Source: Bacteroidales bacterium
GTDB lineage: Bacteria > Bacteroidota > Bacteroidia > Bacteroidales > GCA-2748055
Length of the DNA: 64,000 nt
Assembly: GCA_016936975.1 (NCBI GenBank)
Contig: JAFGWU010000014.1
Location: 23,529 to 87,528, forward strand
Direction: 5' to 3'
Shown one piece after another: positions 55,982 through 64,000 of this stretch; within the stretch, counting starts at the first letter, position 1; every line of letters begins with the position of its first letter. The notes beneath the pieces were generated by a model. It was not told the origin of the DNA. It saw only the letters and a list, made by a program, of their open reading frames with translations, and did not search any database. The translations under genes were made by a program, and so were the position numbers.

Positions 55982-58429
55982 TTAACTAAAGCTGATAGGA
56001 TTTTCCACCTTATCCTTCAGGAGGGCAAATTTTAAAAGTTCTCCTGCATGATCCATATATTTGAACACGAGATTTTTTTTGTAGATCGCATTAATTTCTT
56101 CCACATCCTTCAGATTCTCGCTTGAGATTGCGATTTGTGTAATCCCTGCCCTTTTGGCAGCAAGGATTTTCTCTTTTATCCCACCCACGGGCAATATTTT
56201 CCCGCGCAGGGTAATTTCTCCCGTCATGGCCAGGTTATTTCTTACTTTACGCTGTGTGAACGCCGATGCAATTGAAGCGAGCATGGTGATGCCGGCAGAG
56301 GGTCCGTCTTTGGGAATGGCCCCTTCGGGGACATGGATATGGACATTCCATTTCTGAAAGATGGAGGGATCCAGGTCAAGGGTCGAAGAGTGTGACTTCA
56401 GGTACTCAAGCGCGATTACGGCAGACTCTTTCATCACATCCCCGAGGTTCCCCGTAAGGGTCAACTTGCCTTCCCCCTTGCTGAGGGATGTTTCCACGAA
56501 CAGTATTTCTCCTCCGGTTGCAGTCCATGCTAAACCGGTTACCACCCCCGCAAAATTGTTACCCAGGTACTTTTCCTTGAGAAATCGCGGCGGACCAAGT
56601 ATCTGTTTCACATTTCCCAGGGTAAGGGGGCGGGGGAAAGGCTCTTCAAAAGCAATGTATTTTGCGATCGAACGGAATATCTTGCTGATCTGTTTTTCGA
56701 GCTGGCGCACTCCCGATTCCCTGGTATAACTGTCGATAATATTTTCCAGAACCTTTTTGGACAGGGATACCTGACCTTTGGACAAACCATGGTTCGCCAG
56801 TTGTTTTGGAATGAGGTGCCTTCTGGCGATTTCGACTTTTTCTTCCACGATATATCCCGAAACCTCTATGATTTCCATCCTGTCCAGCAGGGCAGGATGA
56901 ATACCGGAGGTGGTATTGGCAGTTGCAATGAACATCACCCGCGACAGGTCATAATCCACTTCAAGAAAATTGTCGTGGAAATTGGAGTTCTGCTCGGGAT
57001 CCAGCACCTCGAGAAGGGCAGAGGCCGGATCGCCATGCACATCCCTTCCAACCTTATCAATTTCATCAAGCACAAACACCGGGTTCGAATATTTTGCTTT
57101 TTTAAGGTTCTGGATGATTCTTCCCGGCATCGCACCGATATATGTTTTACGGTGGCCCCTGATTTCTGCCTCATCATGCAGACCACCCAGTGACATTCTG
57201 ACATACTTGCGGTCGAGTGCGTCGGCAATGGATTTTCCAAGCGAGGTTTTTCCGACTCCCGGAGGTCCCACTAGGCAAAGGATCGGAGATTTCATATCCC
57301 CTTTGAGCTTAAGAACTGCCAGATGTTCCAGGATACGTTCCTTCACCTTCTCCAGTCCGAAATGATCCTTCTCAAGAATTCTGCCGGCTCGTTTAAGGTT
57401 GAAATTATCCCTTGTGTATTCATTCCAGGGAAGTTCGAGGAGGGTCTGAATATAATTCACCTGAACAGAATACTCCCCTGACGCCGGATTGAGACGCTGC
57501 AGCTTATCAAGTTCCTTGTTAAAGGTATCCTTAATCTCTTTGCCCCATTTTTTTCTGGAGGCCCGTTTCCTGAATTCATTTATTTCCTGTTCCTGAGGGG
57601 ACCCCCCCAGCTCGTCCTGTATGGTCTTCATCTGCTGATGAAGGAGGAATTCGCGCTGCTGCTGGTCAAGGTCGGTCTTGACCTTGCTCTGAATGTCGTT
57701 CTTCAGCTCAAGCATCTGAACCTCCTCGGAAAGATGCCCCAGCAGATTCATCCCCCTTCTGGCAATGCTGTTAATTTCCAGGAGTTCCTGTTTCTGCTTC
57801 AGGTTCAGTTCGCTGTTTGAAGCCAGGAAATTGATGAGGAACGAAGGACTTTCAATATTCTTTACGGCAAAAGAGGCTTCATTTGGAATACTGGATGATA
57901 GTTTTATGATTTTTATTGCCAGTTCCTTGAGTGCTGCAGCCACCGCTTTTGCCTCCTCAGCCGGTTCATCAACAGATTCCTCAAGGGGTATGATGCGTGC
58001 AACATGGTAGGGTTTCGTGGTCAGAAAACTCTCCATTTCGAAACGTTTCCGACCCTGAATGATCACCGATGTGGAACCATCAGGCATTTCAAGTATTTTC
58101 AATATCTGGGCAACGGTCCCAATCCGGTAAAGATCCGTGTAAGCGGGATCTTCCACGGATGCATCCTTCTGTGCTATGGCACCGAGGATTTTATTTTTCC
58201 GGTTAACCTCCTGAATGAGCCTCAACGATTTATCCCTGCCAACAGTGATGGGGATGACCACACCCGGGAATAAAACGGTATTGCGAAGAGGAAGGATGGG
58301 TAAAACATCGGGGATGTTCATTCTTTTCAGATCCTCTTCCTCTTCTTCAGAAAGTAATGGAATATATTCGGTTTCCTCGTCAGAAGGAACCACCAGATTC
58401 TTCAGGCTTATCTCAAATGTACTGTTCAT
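55982..58429 (-). CDS. lon: Lon protease (endopeptidase La)
   Basis: LON N-domain, Walker A GPPGVGKTSLGKSIA and catalytic-serine region PKDGPSAGITM. The ATG is at 58429; the track ORF begins at a TTG at 58438. Confidence 0.97.
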   Translation of the reverse strand: MNSTFEISLKNLVVPSDEETEYIPLLSEEEEEDLKRMNIPDVLPILPLRNTVLFPGVVIPITVGRDKSLRLIQEVNRKNKILGAIAQKDASVEDPAYTDLYRIGTVAQILKILEMPDGSTSVIIQGRKRFEMESFLTTKPYHVARIIPLEESVDEPAEEAKAVAAALKELAIKIIKLSSSIPNEASFAVKNIESPSFLINFLASNSELNLKQKQELLEINSIARRGMNLLGHLSEEVQMLELKNDIQSKVKTDLDQQQREFLLHQQMKTIQDELGGSPQEQEINEFRKRASRKKWGKEIKDTFNKELDKLQRLNPASGEYSVQVNYIQTLLELPWNEYTRDNFNLKRAGRILEKDHFGLEKVKERILEHLAVLKLKGDMKSPILCLVGPPGVGKTSLGKSIADALDRKYVRMSLGGLHDEAEIRGHRKTYIGAMPGRIIQNLKKAKYSNPVFVLDEIDKVGRDVHGDPASALLEVLDPEQNSNFHDNFLEVDYDLSRVMFIATANTTSGIHPALLDRMEIIEVSGYIVEEKVEIARRHLIPKQLANHGLSKGQVSLSKKVLENIIDSYTRESGVRQLEKQISKIFRSIAKYIAFEEPFPRPLTLGNVKQILGPPRFLKEKYLGNNFAGVVTGLAWTATGGEILFVETSLSKGEGKLTLTGNLGDVMKESAVIALEYLKSHSSTLDLDPSIFQKWNVHIHVPEGAIPKDGPSAGITMLASIASAFTQRKVRNNLAMTGEITLRGKILPVGGIKEKILAAKRAGITQIAISSENLKDVEEINAIYKKNLVFKYMDHAGELLKFALLKDKVENPISFS

Positions 58430-58607
58430 ACACGTCAATCCTTACTTAAATACAGATAACAGTCAAACTGTCATTTACGAACCGGTTCATTCCGGATTAT
58501 TCAGTTTCGCAATAAATATGCCAAGATCTTAACAAACCAACAGGCCCCCGTGTTCAGATCCGATTTGATGAAACATCACTTTTATTCTTCTGTTGTTTTT
58601 CATTTAA

Positions 58608-58615
58608 CAAAGCTA
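58608..58615 (-). promoter_or_regulatory. Candidate -7 box (TAGCTTTG on the minus strand) for lon
   Basis: The plus strand CAAAGCTA is an exact TAnnTTTG match on the minus strand, about 170-180 nt upstream of the lon start. It lies back-to-back with the rex -7 box. Confidence 0.3.
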
Positions 58616-58620
58616 ATACA

Positions 58621-58628
58621 TATATTTG
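58621..58628 (+). promoter_or_regulatory. Candidate -7 box (TATATTTG) for rex
   Basis: Exact TAnnTTTG match 38 nt upstream of the rex ATG at 58666. Confidence 0.45.
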
Positions 58629-58641
58629 TTTACATTGTAAA
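58629..58641. promoter_or_regulatory. Palindrome TTTAC-ATT-GTAAA (candidate operator) abutting the rex -7 box
   Basis: Perfect 5+5 inverted repeat. The same TTTAC-N3-GTAAA occurs only once more in the window, at 61531-61543. Confidence 0.4.
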
Positions 58642-58665
58642 AAGCTTCTTTATAATAATTATCAG

Positions 58666-59343
58666 ATGGATGCGAAACGTTCAAGCCGGAATTTAATGAA
58701 ACTCCCGGAGCCGACAGTGGAACGCCTGAGTGAATACCGTAGATCTTTACTGCAGTGCCTGGAACAGGGGAAAACACATATCTTTTCCCACGAACTGGCA
58801 ACACTGCATCACAACACTGCCGTACAGGTCAGGCGTGATATTATGTTCATCGGCTATTCAACCAATCAGCGAAAGGGGTATGACGTCAGGGAGCTCATTG
58901 ATGTCATAGGGAGTATACTCGATTCCGGAAAATCGCTTAATATTGCAGTAGTGGGAATGGGAAATCTTGGGAGTGCCATTACAGCCTATTTTTTGGGAAA
59001 ACGCTCAAAAATGGATATCGTTGCTTCCTTTGATGTGGATCCCCAAAAGGTCAACAGGGAGTTCTCGGGGATTCTGTGCCATCCCATGAGTGCATTGAAA
59101 GACATCATCCGGGAGATGAACATTTCCATTGCCATTATGACGGTTCCGGCCGACTCGGCTGTTGAGGTTGCCAATCTGCTTGATGAAGCCGGTATTAAAG
59201 GAATCCTTAATTTTACCTCGATTCCTGTAAAGGTTTCCCCAAGGGTCTATCTGGAAGATTATGATATGATAACCTTCCTTGAGAAAGTAGCTTACTTTGT
59301 TAAGCATTCCACGAGGCAAAACGTATCCCCGTCAAAGATATGA
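58666..59343 (+). CDS. rex: Redox-sensing transcriptional repressor Rex
   Basis: N-terminal winged helix (PEPTVERLSEYRRSLLQCLEQGKTHIFSHELA) and Rossmann motif VVGMGNLGSAI. Confidence 0.93.
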   Translation: MDAKRSSRNLMKLPEPTVERLSEYRRSLLQCLEQGKTHIFSHELATLHHNTAVQVRRDIMFIGYSTNQRKGYDVRELIDVIGSILDSGKSLNIAVVGMGNLGSAITAYFLGKRSKMDIVASFDVDPQKVNREFSGILCHPMSALKDIIREMNISIAIMTVPADSAVEVANLLDEAGIKGILNFTSIPVKVSPRVYLEDYDMITFLEKVAYFVKHSTRQNVSPSKI

Positions 59344-59363
59344 TACCTGTAAAATAAAACACT

Positions 59364-60995
59364 ATGAAAGAACTGACTGTTATCGTGCTGCTGAGTGCTG
59401 CCATCGCAGGGGTGATGGCCGCTCCTGCGGAAAAGAATGTTGATGCCGGAATCGATCATGTGACCCTGTTTCATTCAGGAGCCCAGGTCATGCGCTCCAG
59501 TAAACCGGTTTCCCTGGAAAAGGGACAGACCCTGGTCATCATCGACGGACTGGAACAGAACCTGGTGGAAAACAGTATCCGGGTTGGGCTGGACGGAAAC
59601 GGAAAGATACTTTCCGTGGTAAAGAGAATGGATTACCTGGAGCTGGTTACGACAAACCAGAAAATTGCTGACCTTGAATTGAAGCTGGAACAGCTCCAGA
59701 ATGAAAAAGAGGAGCTTCAGCTGGGCATCAGGGTGTTTGACCTGGAAAAAACGTTGCTGATAAATAATATGAAACTGGGAAGCGAACAGCAGGGGGTTCA
59801 GATATCCGAGTTAAGGGAGGCTTCTGATTTCTACCGTTCACGCCTGACGGAGATTGAAAAGGGATTTCTGTCCGGCAATCGCACCATAAAGGATCTGGAG
59901 CTGGAGATTGCCGGAATCAGGAAACAGCTGAGTGATCTGAATTATCAAAAAAACAAACCCTCATCCACCCTTGAAGTGACGGTGGAAATGACAGCCTCAG
60001 GAAATACCAGGCTGGTGATGGATTATTACGTTCCCGAAGCCCGCTGGAGCCCGCTTTATGATATCCGGGTGGATGAAATTGGCGAACCGGTGGCCATCAT
60101 CAGGAAGGCCTCAGCATCCCAGTCAACCGGCGTCGACTGGAATAATGTGAAAGTGACCTTTTCAACCGGTAATCCAAGGGAAAGGGCTACCAAACCTGAA
60201 TTGATTCCCTGGTACCTGAGAGAAATCAGACCGGAACCAACTATTACCCTGAGGGGGATTGACGATCAGGCAGCTGCCCGGCCAACGGTAAAAAAGTCTG
60301 CTGTGACTGAAAATGTGGCAATGGAGGAAGGGATGGACATGGATTACAGCATCAGTAGCTCCATGCCGGTGGTCATTACAGGGGCAAAAAACTCCCTGCT
60401 GGAGTTCACGCTTGCTTCCCCTGCCTCCATCCCATCCGATAACAAGGAGTATACACTGGTCATCGGTTCGGTGGAGGTGGATGCGGCATATGAGTACCAT
60501 TGCGTACCCAAGCTGGATCCTTCAGCCTACCTGGTCGCAATGGTCGCCGACCGGAACCGGTATAACCTGGTAAACGGAGCGGCCAATATTTACTACGAAG
60601 GAATGTTTGTCGGGAAAACCTATATCAATGCCGCCTCAACTTATGATACCATGCAGATATCCCTGGGCAGGGACAGGGACATTATGGTTGAACGGAAGCA
60701 GTTGGAGGAATTCTCAAGCGACCGGCTGATCGGTTCGAACAGAACCATCGAATTTGCTTTCGAAAACATTATCCGCAACGGGAAAAGCCGGGAGATCATT
60801 ATGATCGTTGAGGATCAATATCCGGTCTCCACAATGAAGGACATCGAAGTGAATGCAAAAGAACACGGAAGCGGAAAATGGGACAAAATTACAGGTAAGG
60901 TTTCCTGGCGCGTTCCGGTCAAACCGGGCGAAACAGTAAAGCTTCCTTTAAATTATGCCGTTAAATATCCTTCGGAAATGCAAATAAATCTTTAA
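59364..60995 (+). CDS. DUF4139/DUF4140-type protein (mucoidy-inhibitor MuiA-like family)
   Basis: Signal peptide, IDHVTLFHSGAQVMRS at the start, a central coiled coil and a C-terminal beta-rich region. Family call is from memory. Confidence 0.65.
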   Translation: MKELTVIVLLSAAIAGVMAAPAEKNVDAGIDHVTLFHSGAQVMRSSKPVSLEKGQTLVIIDGLEQNLVENSIRVGLDGNGKILSVVKRMDYLELVTTNQKIADLELKLEQLQNEKEELQLGIRVFDLEKTLLINNMKLGSEQQGVQISELREASDFYRSRLTEIEKGFLSGNRTIKDLELEIAGIRKQLSDLNYQKNKPSSTLEVTVEMTASGNTRLVMDYYVPEARWSPLYDIRVDEIGEPVAIIRKASASQSTGVDWNNVKVTFSTGNPRERATKPELIPWYLREIRPEPTITLRGIDDQAAARPTVKKSAVTENVAMEEGMDMDYSISSSMPVVITGAKNSLLEFTLASPASIPSDNKEYTLVIGSVEVDAAYEYHCVPKLDPSAYLVAMVADRNRYNLVNGAANIYYEGMFVGKTYINAASTYDTMQISLGRDRDIMVERKQLEEFSSDRLIGSNRTIEFAFENIIRNGKSREIIMIVEDQYPVSTMKDIEVNAKEHGSGKWDKITGKVSWRVPVKPGETVKLPLNYAVKYPSEMQINL

Positions 60996-61014
60996 GCACA
61001 TTAATGACTGAGTA

Positions 61015-61257
61015 ATGGAAAAACGTCTGGGTTCGGTAATTATTCTTCTTGAAAACACCACCGTCACATCCCGCATTAATGCAATTATTTCGGAATATGC
61101 TCATCTTGTCCTGGGCCGCCAGGGTATTCCGTTGCACGACCGGGGAATCAGCATTATTTCTCTTGTGCTGGAGGGTAATACGGATGAAATAGGTGCCCTC
61201 ACCGGAAAATTGGGAAGAATAGCCGGGGTAAAGGTTAAATCGGTTCTGACCGGTTAA
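61015..61257 (+). CDS. TM1266-family small ACT-like protein ('iron-only hydrogenase system regulator' family)
   Basis: 80 aa. ISIISLVLEGNTDEIGALTGKLGRIAGVKVKSVL closely parallels the TM1266 pattern (IIFLVLKTDNDTIGALSGKLGQISGVRVKTV) as I remember it. Confidence 0.6.
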   Translation: MEKRLGSVIILLENTTVTSRINAIISEYAHLVLGRQGIPLHDRGISIISLVLEGNTDEIGALTGKLGRIAGVKVKSVLTG

Positions 61258-61353
61258 ATGTTAAAAAACATAAAAAAGTGTTAAAAGAATCTGTTTTATA
61301 CAACAAAATCTTTCCCTGAAAGTTATTTATTTTGAAAGTAATTGTTGGGGTGC

Positions 61354-61413
61354 AAGGCAAGTTGCGAATCTTTTGAGGGTTTTAGGGAGAACAGCAACTT
61401 GCCTTCTTTTTTT
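61354..61413 (+). terminator. Perfect 12-bp stem hairpin with a 28-nt loop followed by a T-run (terminator or regulatory RNA element)
   Basis: AAGGCAAGTTGC (61354-61365) pairs with GCAACTTGCCTT (61394-61405), then CTTTTTTTT follows. It lies 97 nt after the stop at 61257. Confidence 0.45.
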
Positions 61414-61530
61414 GACCTTCCGTTCCCGTCCCTTCTTCCCGGTCTTTTCAGGTTATCCGGTATTATCAGTTTCAGCCTTATGCTATAAGACATTCCTGAT
61501 CTTTATTTAAGCTCTGCGTCCATTGTTATC

Positions 61531-61543
61531 TTTACACAGTAAA
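61531..61543. promoter_or_regulatory. Palindrome TTTAC-ACA-GTAAA (candidate operator) 12 nt upstream of the ADP-forming ACS gene
   Basis: Perfect 5+5 inverted repeat. It overlaps a near -7 box, TATCTTTA (61527-61534). Confidence 0.4.
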
Positions 61544-61554
61544 ACATAATGTAA

Positions 61555-63627
61555 ATGGTCAACAGGCAACTTATAAATCCGGAGAGTATTGTGGTGGTGG
61601 GAGCGTCCAACAATATCCGGAAACCCGGGGGGAAACTGTTTCACAATATTCTGCATGGCAGTTTCGGCGGAGAATTATACGCGGTAAATCCGGGTGAAGA
61701 TACCATCCAGGGCAGGCCATCCTTCAGGGAGATTAAAGATTTACCCGCCACCGAGCTCGCCATACTGGCAATTCCGGCCGTCTTCTGTGCCGGGGCGGTA
61801 AAGGAGCTTGCAAGGGATAAGGGAACACGCGCATTTATTATTGTCTCCGCGGGATTTGGTGAAGAGAGCTCGGAAGGGAAAAAGATAGAAAGTGAGCTGG
61901 TGGAGATTTGTAATCGATACAATGCCTCCCTGATCGGGCCTAACTGTATCGGGGTCATGACCCCATTCTACCAGGGTGTATTTACCCTTCCCATACCGAA
62001 ACTGGATCCGAAAGGATGCGATTTTATCTCTGGGAGCGGGGCCACAGCCGTTTTTATTATGGAAGCGGGTCTTCAGAAGGGCTTAAAGTTCAACATGATT
62101 TTTTCGGTCGGCAATTCTGCTCAGCTGGGGGTGGAAGATGTGCTTCAATACCTGGATGAGACCTTCACAGAAGAGAGTTCCAGGGTTAAGATCCTCTATT
62201 TTGAATCCATAAAGGATCCCGACCGGTTGCTGAGGCATGCCACGAATCTGATCAGGAAGGGATGCCGTATCGCAGCCATAAAAGCGGGAACCTCCGATGC
62301 CGGGAGCCGGGCTGCTACCTCACATACCGGCGCGATGGCCAGTTCGGATCTGGCTGTCGACGCGCTCTTCAGGAAGGCGGGTATCATCCGTTGCTATGGT
62401 CGTGAGGAGCTGACCACCGTGGCTTCTGTGCTATCCTATCCCAAAGCCAAAGGACGGAATTTCGCCATCATAACCCATGCGGGGGGACCGGCGGTGATGC
62501 TGACCGATACCCTTGCCGAAGGGAATCTCCATGTGCCGCAAATAAAAGGAAAAAAGGCCGCTGAGTTGCTTTCACACCTGTTTCCGGGCTCTTCGGTCTC
62601 AAATCCGATCGACCTTCTGGCAACGGGAAATGCAGAACAGCTTGGTATCGCCATGGAATACTGCGAAAAATATTTCGGGGAAATCGACGGGATCATTGTC
62701 ATCTTCGGAACGCCGGGTCTTTTCCCGGTTTACGATGTGTATGACGTGCTGGACCGGAAAATGAAGCAGTGCAAAAAACCTGTCTTTCCGATATTGCCAT
62801 CCGTGACTACAGCCGCAGGAGAGATCAAAGAGTTTCAGTCAAAGGGACATATAAATTTTCCCGATGAGGTTCTGTTCGGAAGGGCGTTGAATAAAGTATA
62901 CAATACCCCGAAGCCGGCAGGAGACAAGGTCTATCTCGACGGTATCAATTTAAAGAAGGTCAGGGCGGTGATTGACAGCGCACCAGATGGTTACCTGGAT
63001 GTGGAATCGGTCTGCGCGATCCTTGACGCCGCAGGAATCTCCCGGGTCAGGGAAGAGGTGGCAACGGATCCGGATGCCCTGAAAAAGATTGCTGCGAAAT
63101 TCGGGTATCCGGTTGTGTTGAAAGTGGTGGGGCCCGTTCACAAATCGGATGTCGGAGGCGTCCTGGTCAACATCAGGGATGAGGAGACCCTGATGACGGG
63201 ATTTCAGCAAATGAAGGGCATTGAGGGCTATCAGGGAGTGTTGATTCAGCAAATGCTGGAGGGTACCGAACTGTTTATCGGGGCAAACTACGAGCCCGGA
63301 TTCGGGCATGTTGTTTTGTGCGGACTTGGCGGTATTTATGTGGAGGCGCTGAAGGATGTAACTTCCGGGCTGGCACCCCTCTCGGTCACAGAGGCAGGCA
63401 AAATGATCCGGTCCCTCAAAAGTGCCAGAATACTGGATGGTACCAGAGGTAAGGAGGGTGTGAACAAGGATCTGTTCGCCGAGGCACTGGTCAGGATCTC
63501 ATCCCTGCTCCGCTATGCCACCGAAATTGTGGAGATGGACCTGAACCCGCTGATTGGACGGCCTGAGGCAGTAACGGTTGTGGATGCCCGTATCCGTGTT
63601 GAAAAAAAGAAAAAAAAGGCTCTATAA
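61555..63627 (+). CDS. Acetate--CoA ligase (ADP-forming) family, fused alpha+beta (CoA-binding plus ATP-grasp)
   Basis: LINPESIVVVGASNNIRKPGG, succinyl-CoA-synthetase-like CoA-binding/ligase domains and a C-terminal ATP-grasp (GYPVVLKVVGPVHKSDVGGV). Confidence 0.9.
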   Translation: MVNRQLINPESIVVVGASNNIRKPGGKLFHNILHGSFGGELYAVNPGEDTIQGRPSFREIKDLPATELAILAIPAVFCAGAVKELARDKGTRAFIIVSAGFGEESSEGKKIESELVEICNRYNASLIGPNCIGVMTPFYQGVFTLPIPKLDPKGCDFISGSGATAVFIMEAGLQKGLKFNMIFSVGNSAQLGVEDVLQYLDETFTEESSRVKILYFESIKDPDRLLRHATNLIRKGCRIAAIKAGTSDAGSRAATSHTGAMASSDLAVDALFRKAGIIRCYGREELTTVASVLSYPKAKGRNFAIITHAGGPAVMLTDTLAEGNLHVPQIKGKKAAELLSHLFPGSSVSNPIDLLATGNAEQLGIAMEYCEKYFGEIDGIIVIFGTPGLFPVYDVYDVLDRKMKQCKKPVFPILPSVTTAAGEIKEFQSKGHINFPDEVLFGRALNKVYNTPKPAGDKVYLDGINLKKVRAVIDSAPDGYLDVESVCAILDAAGISRVREEVATDPDALKKIAAKFGYPVVLKVVGPVHKSDVGGVLVNIRDEETLMTGFQQMKGIEGYQGVLIQQMLEGTELFIGANYEPGFGHVVLCGLGGIYVEALKDVTSGLAPLSVTEAGKMIRSLKSARILDGTRGKEGVNKDLFAEALVRISSLLRYATEIVEMDLNPLIGRPEAVTVVDARIRVEKKKKKAL

Positions 63628-63642
63628 CACATCCCTGTTATG

Positions 63643-63666
63643 CTGTTCGACATGAACGGTTTTATT
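63643..63666 (+). terminator. Intrinsic-terminator-like hairpin after the ACS gene
   Basis: CTGTTC-GACAT-GAACGG (6-bp stem including one G-U pair) followed by TTTTATT. Confidence 0.4.
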
Positions 63667-63703
63667 GCTTATTGATAATTTGGGTGCTCGTTAATGAAAG
63701 GCT

Positions 63704-64000
63704 ATGAAGAGGACACCGATAGATGAAAAGGTTGTAAACGAGGTTATAGAACGATTCGGCATTCGCCCTGCCGGAAAAGGGACCATTCGTGAGATCGTGA
63801 AGATAGTCAATGATATTGAAGAGATTACCGGGGAGGAATTCGTGCGGATGGAGATGGGGGTACCCGGTCTGGATCCCACCTTTGTTGGCACCGAAGCAGA
63901 AATGATTGCGCTTCGGAAGGGGGTCGCTTCAAAATATCCCAATATAGAAGGGATCAAACCCCTGAAAGAGGAGACCGCACGCTTTATCCGGCTATTTCTG
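63704..64000 (+). CDS. PLP-dependent aminotransferase, N-terminal fragment (3'-truncated by the window edge)
   Basis: Not in the ORF track because it has no stop. The ATG at 63704 opens 99 codons to the window end (MKRTPIDEKVVNEVIERFGIRPAGKGTIREIVKIVNDIEEITGEEFVRMEMGVPGLDPTF...). This resembles the N-termini of Bacteroidota class I/II aminotransferases. The opposite-strand track ORF 63691..63957 is its shadow. Confidence 0.6.
   Translation, partial: MKRTPIDEKVVNEVIERFGIRPAGKGTIREIVKIVNDIEEITGEEFVRMEMGVPGLDPTFVGTEAEMIALRKGVASKYPNIEGIKPLKEETARFIRLFL

Noticed and set aside
1-64000. tRNA, rRNA, tmRNA or RNase P genes, known riboswitches, transposases/integrases, prophage genes, toxin-antitoxin pairs, and the classical Rex box TTGTGAA-N4-TTCACAA
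   Set aside because: I inspected the intergenic regions by eye and found no cloverleaf-type or otherwise recognisable sequence, and no such protein families in the ORF set. This is a manual scan, so tRNAscan-SE, Rfam and ISfinder-type searches are needed to confirm the absence.

Overview
This 64-kb chromosomal segment has the hallmarks of a Bacteroidota genome: a SusC/SusD pair, two T9SS C-terminal sorting domains, a GYDIA-type GHMP kinase and TAnnTTTG -7 boxes. It probably comes from a fermentative or anaerobic lineage, given Rex, a flavodiiron protein, formate-THF ligase and an ADP-forming acetyl-CoA synthetase. I recognised no rRNA, tRNA, CRISPR array, transposase, integrase or phage gene. 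Layout: (1) 1-3.9 kb holds a membrane/TPR protein, a CxxCH beta-propeller lipoprotein and a small lipoprotein. (2) fhs (4.0-5.7 kb) is bracketed by unusual tandem repeats. (3) 6.4-20.7 kb is a pectin/rhamnogalacturonan-type polysaccharide utilisation locus (GH31 with a T9SS tail, GH106-like, PL22-like, GH105, SusC, SusD). It has no linked regulator, and short tandem-repeat arrays sit at its gene boundaries. (4) 21.9-33.3 kb is a tightly packed 10-gene minus-strand operon. It joins leucine catabolism (liuB-C-D-A) directly to the lower mevalonate pathway (idi2, HMG-CoA reductase, two GHMP kinases, MVD) and ends in a SLOG/YpsA-like gene. (5) 33.7-45.6 kb looks AT-richer on spot counts and is the most system-like unknown. 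It holds a HEAT-repeat protein, then an effector-less STAND NTPase-TM-coiled coil-WD40 protein leading an operon with an OM beta-barrel, a propeller lipoprotein and a 1,500-aa T9SS-secreted adhesin-like protein. (6) 45.6-64 kb is housekeeping: fprA, psd, cdsA, ftsH, rsfS, birA, pyrE, NUDIX, coaD, lon, rex, DUF4139, a TM1266-like ACT protein, ADP-forming ACS and a partial aminotransferase. A TTTAC-N3-GTAAA palindrome occurs only twice in the window, both times in promoter regions (rex and the ACS gene). All functional calls come from reading the translated ORFs by eye. No database search or computation was run.
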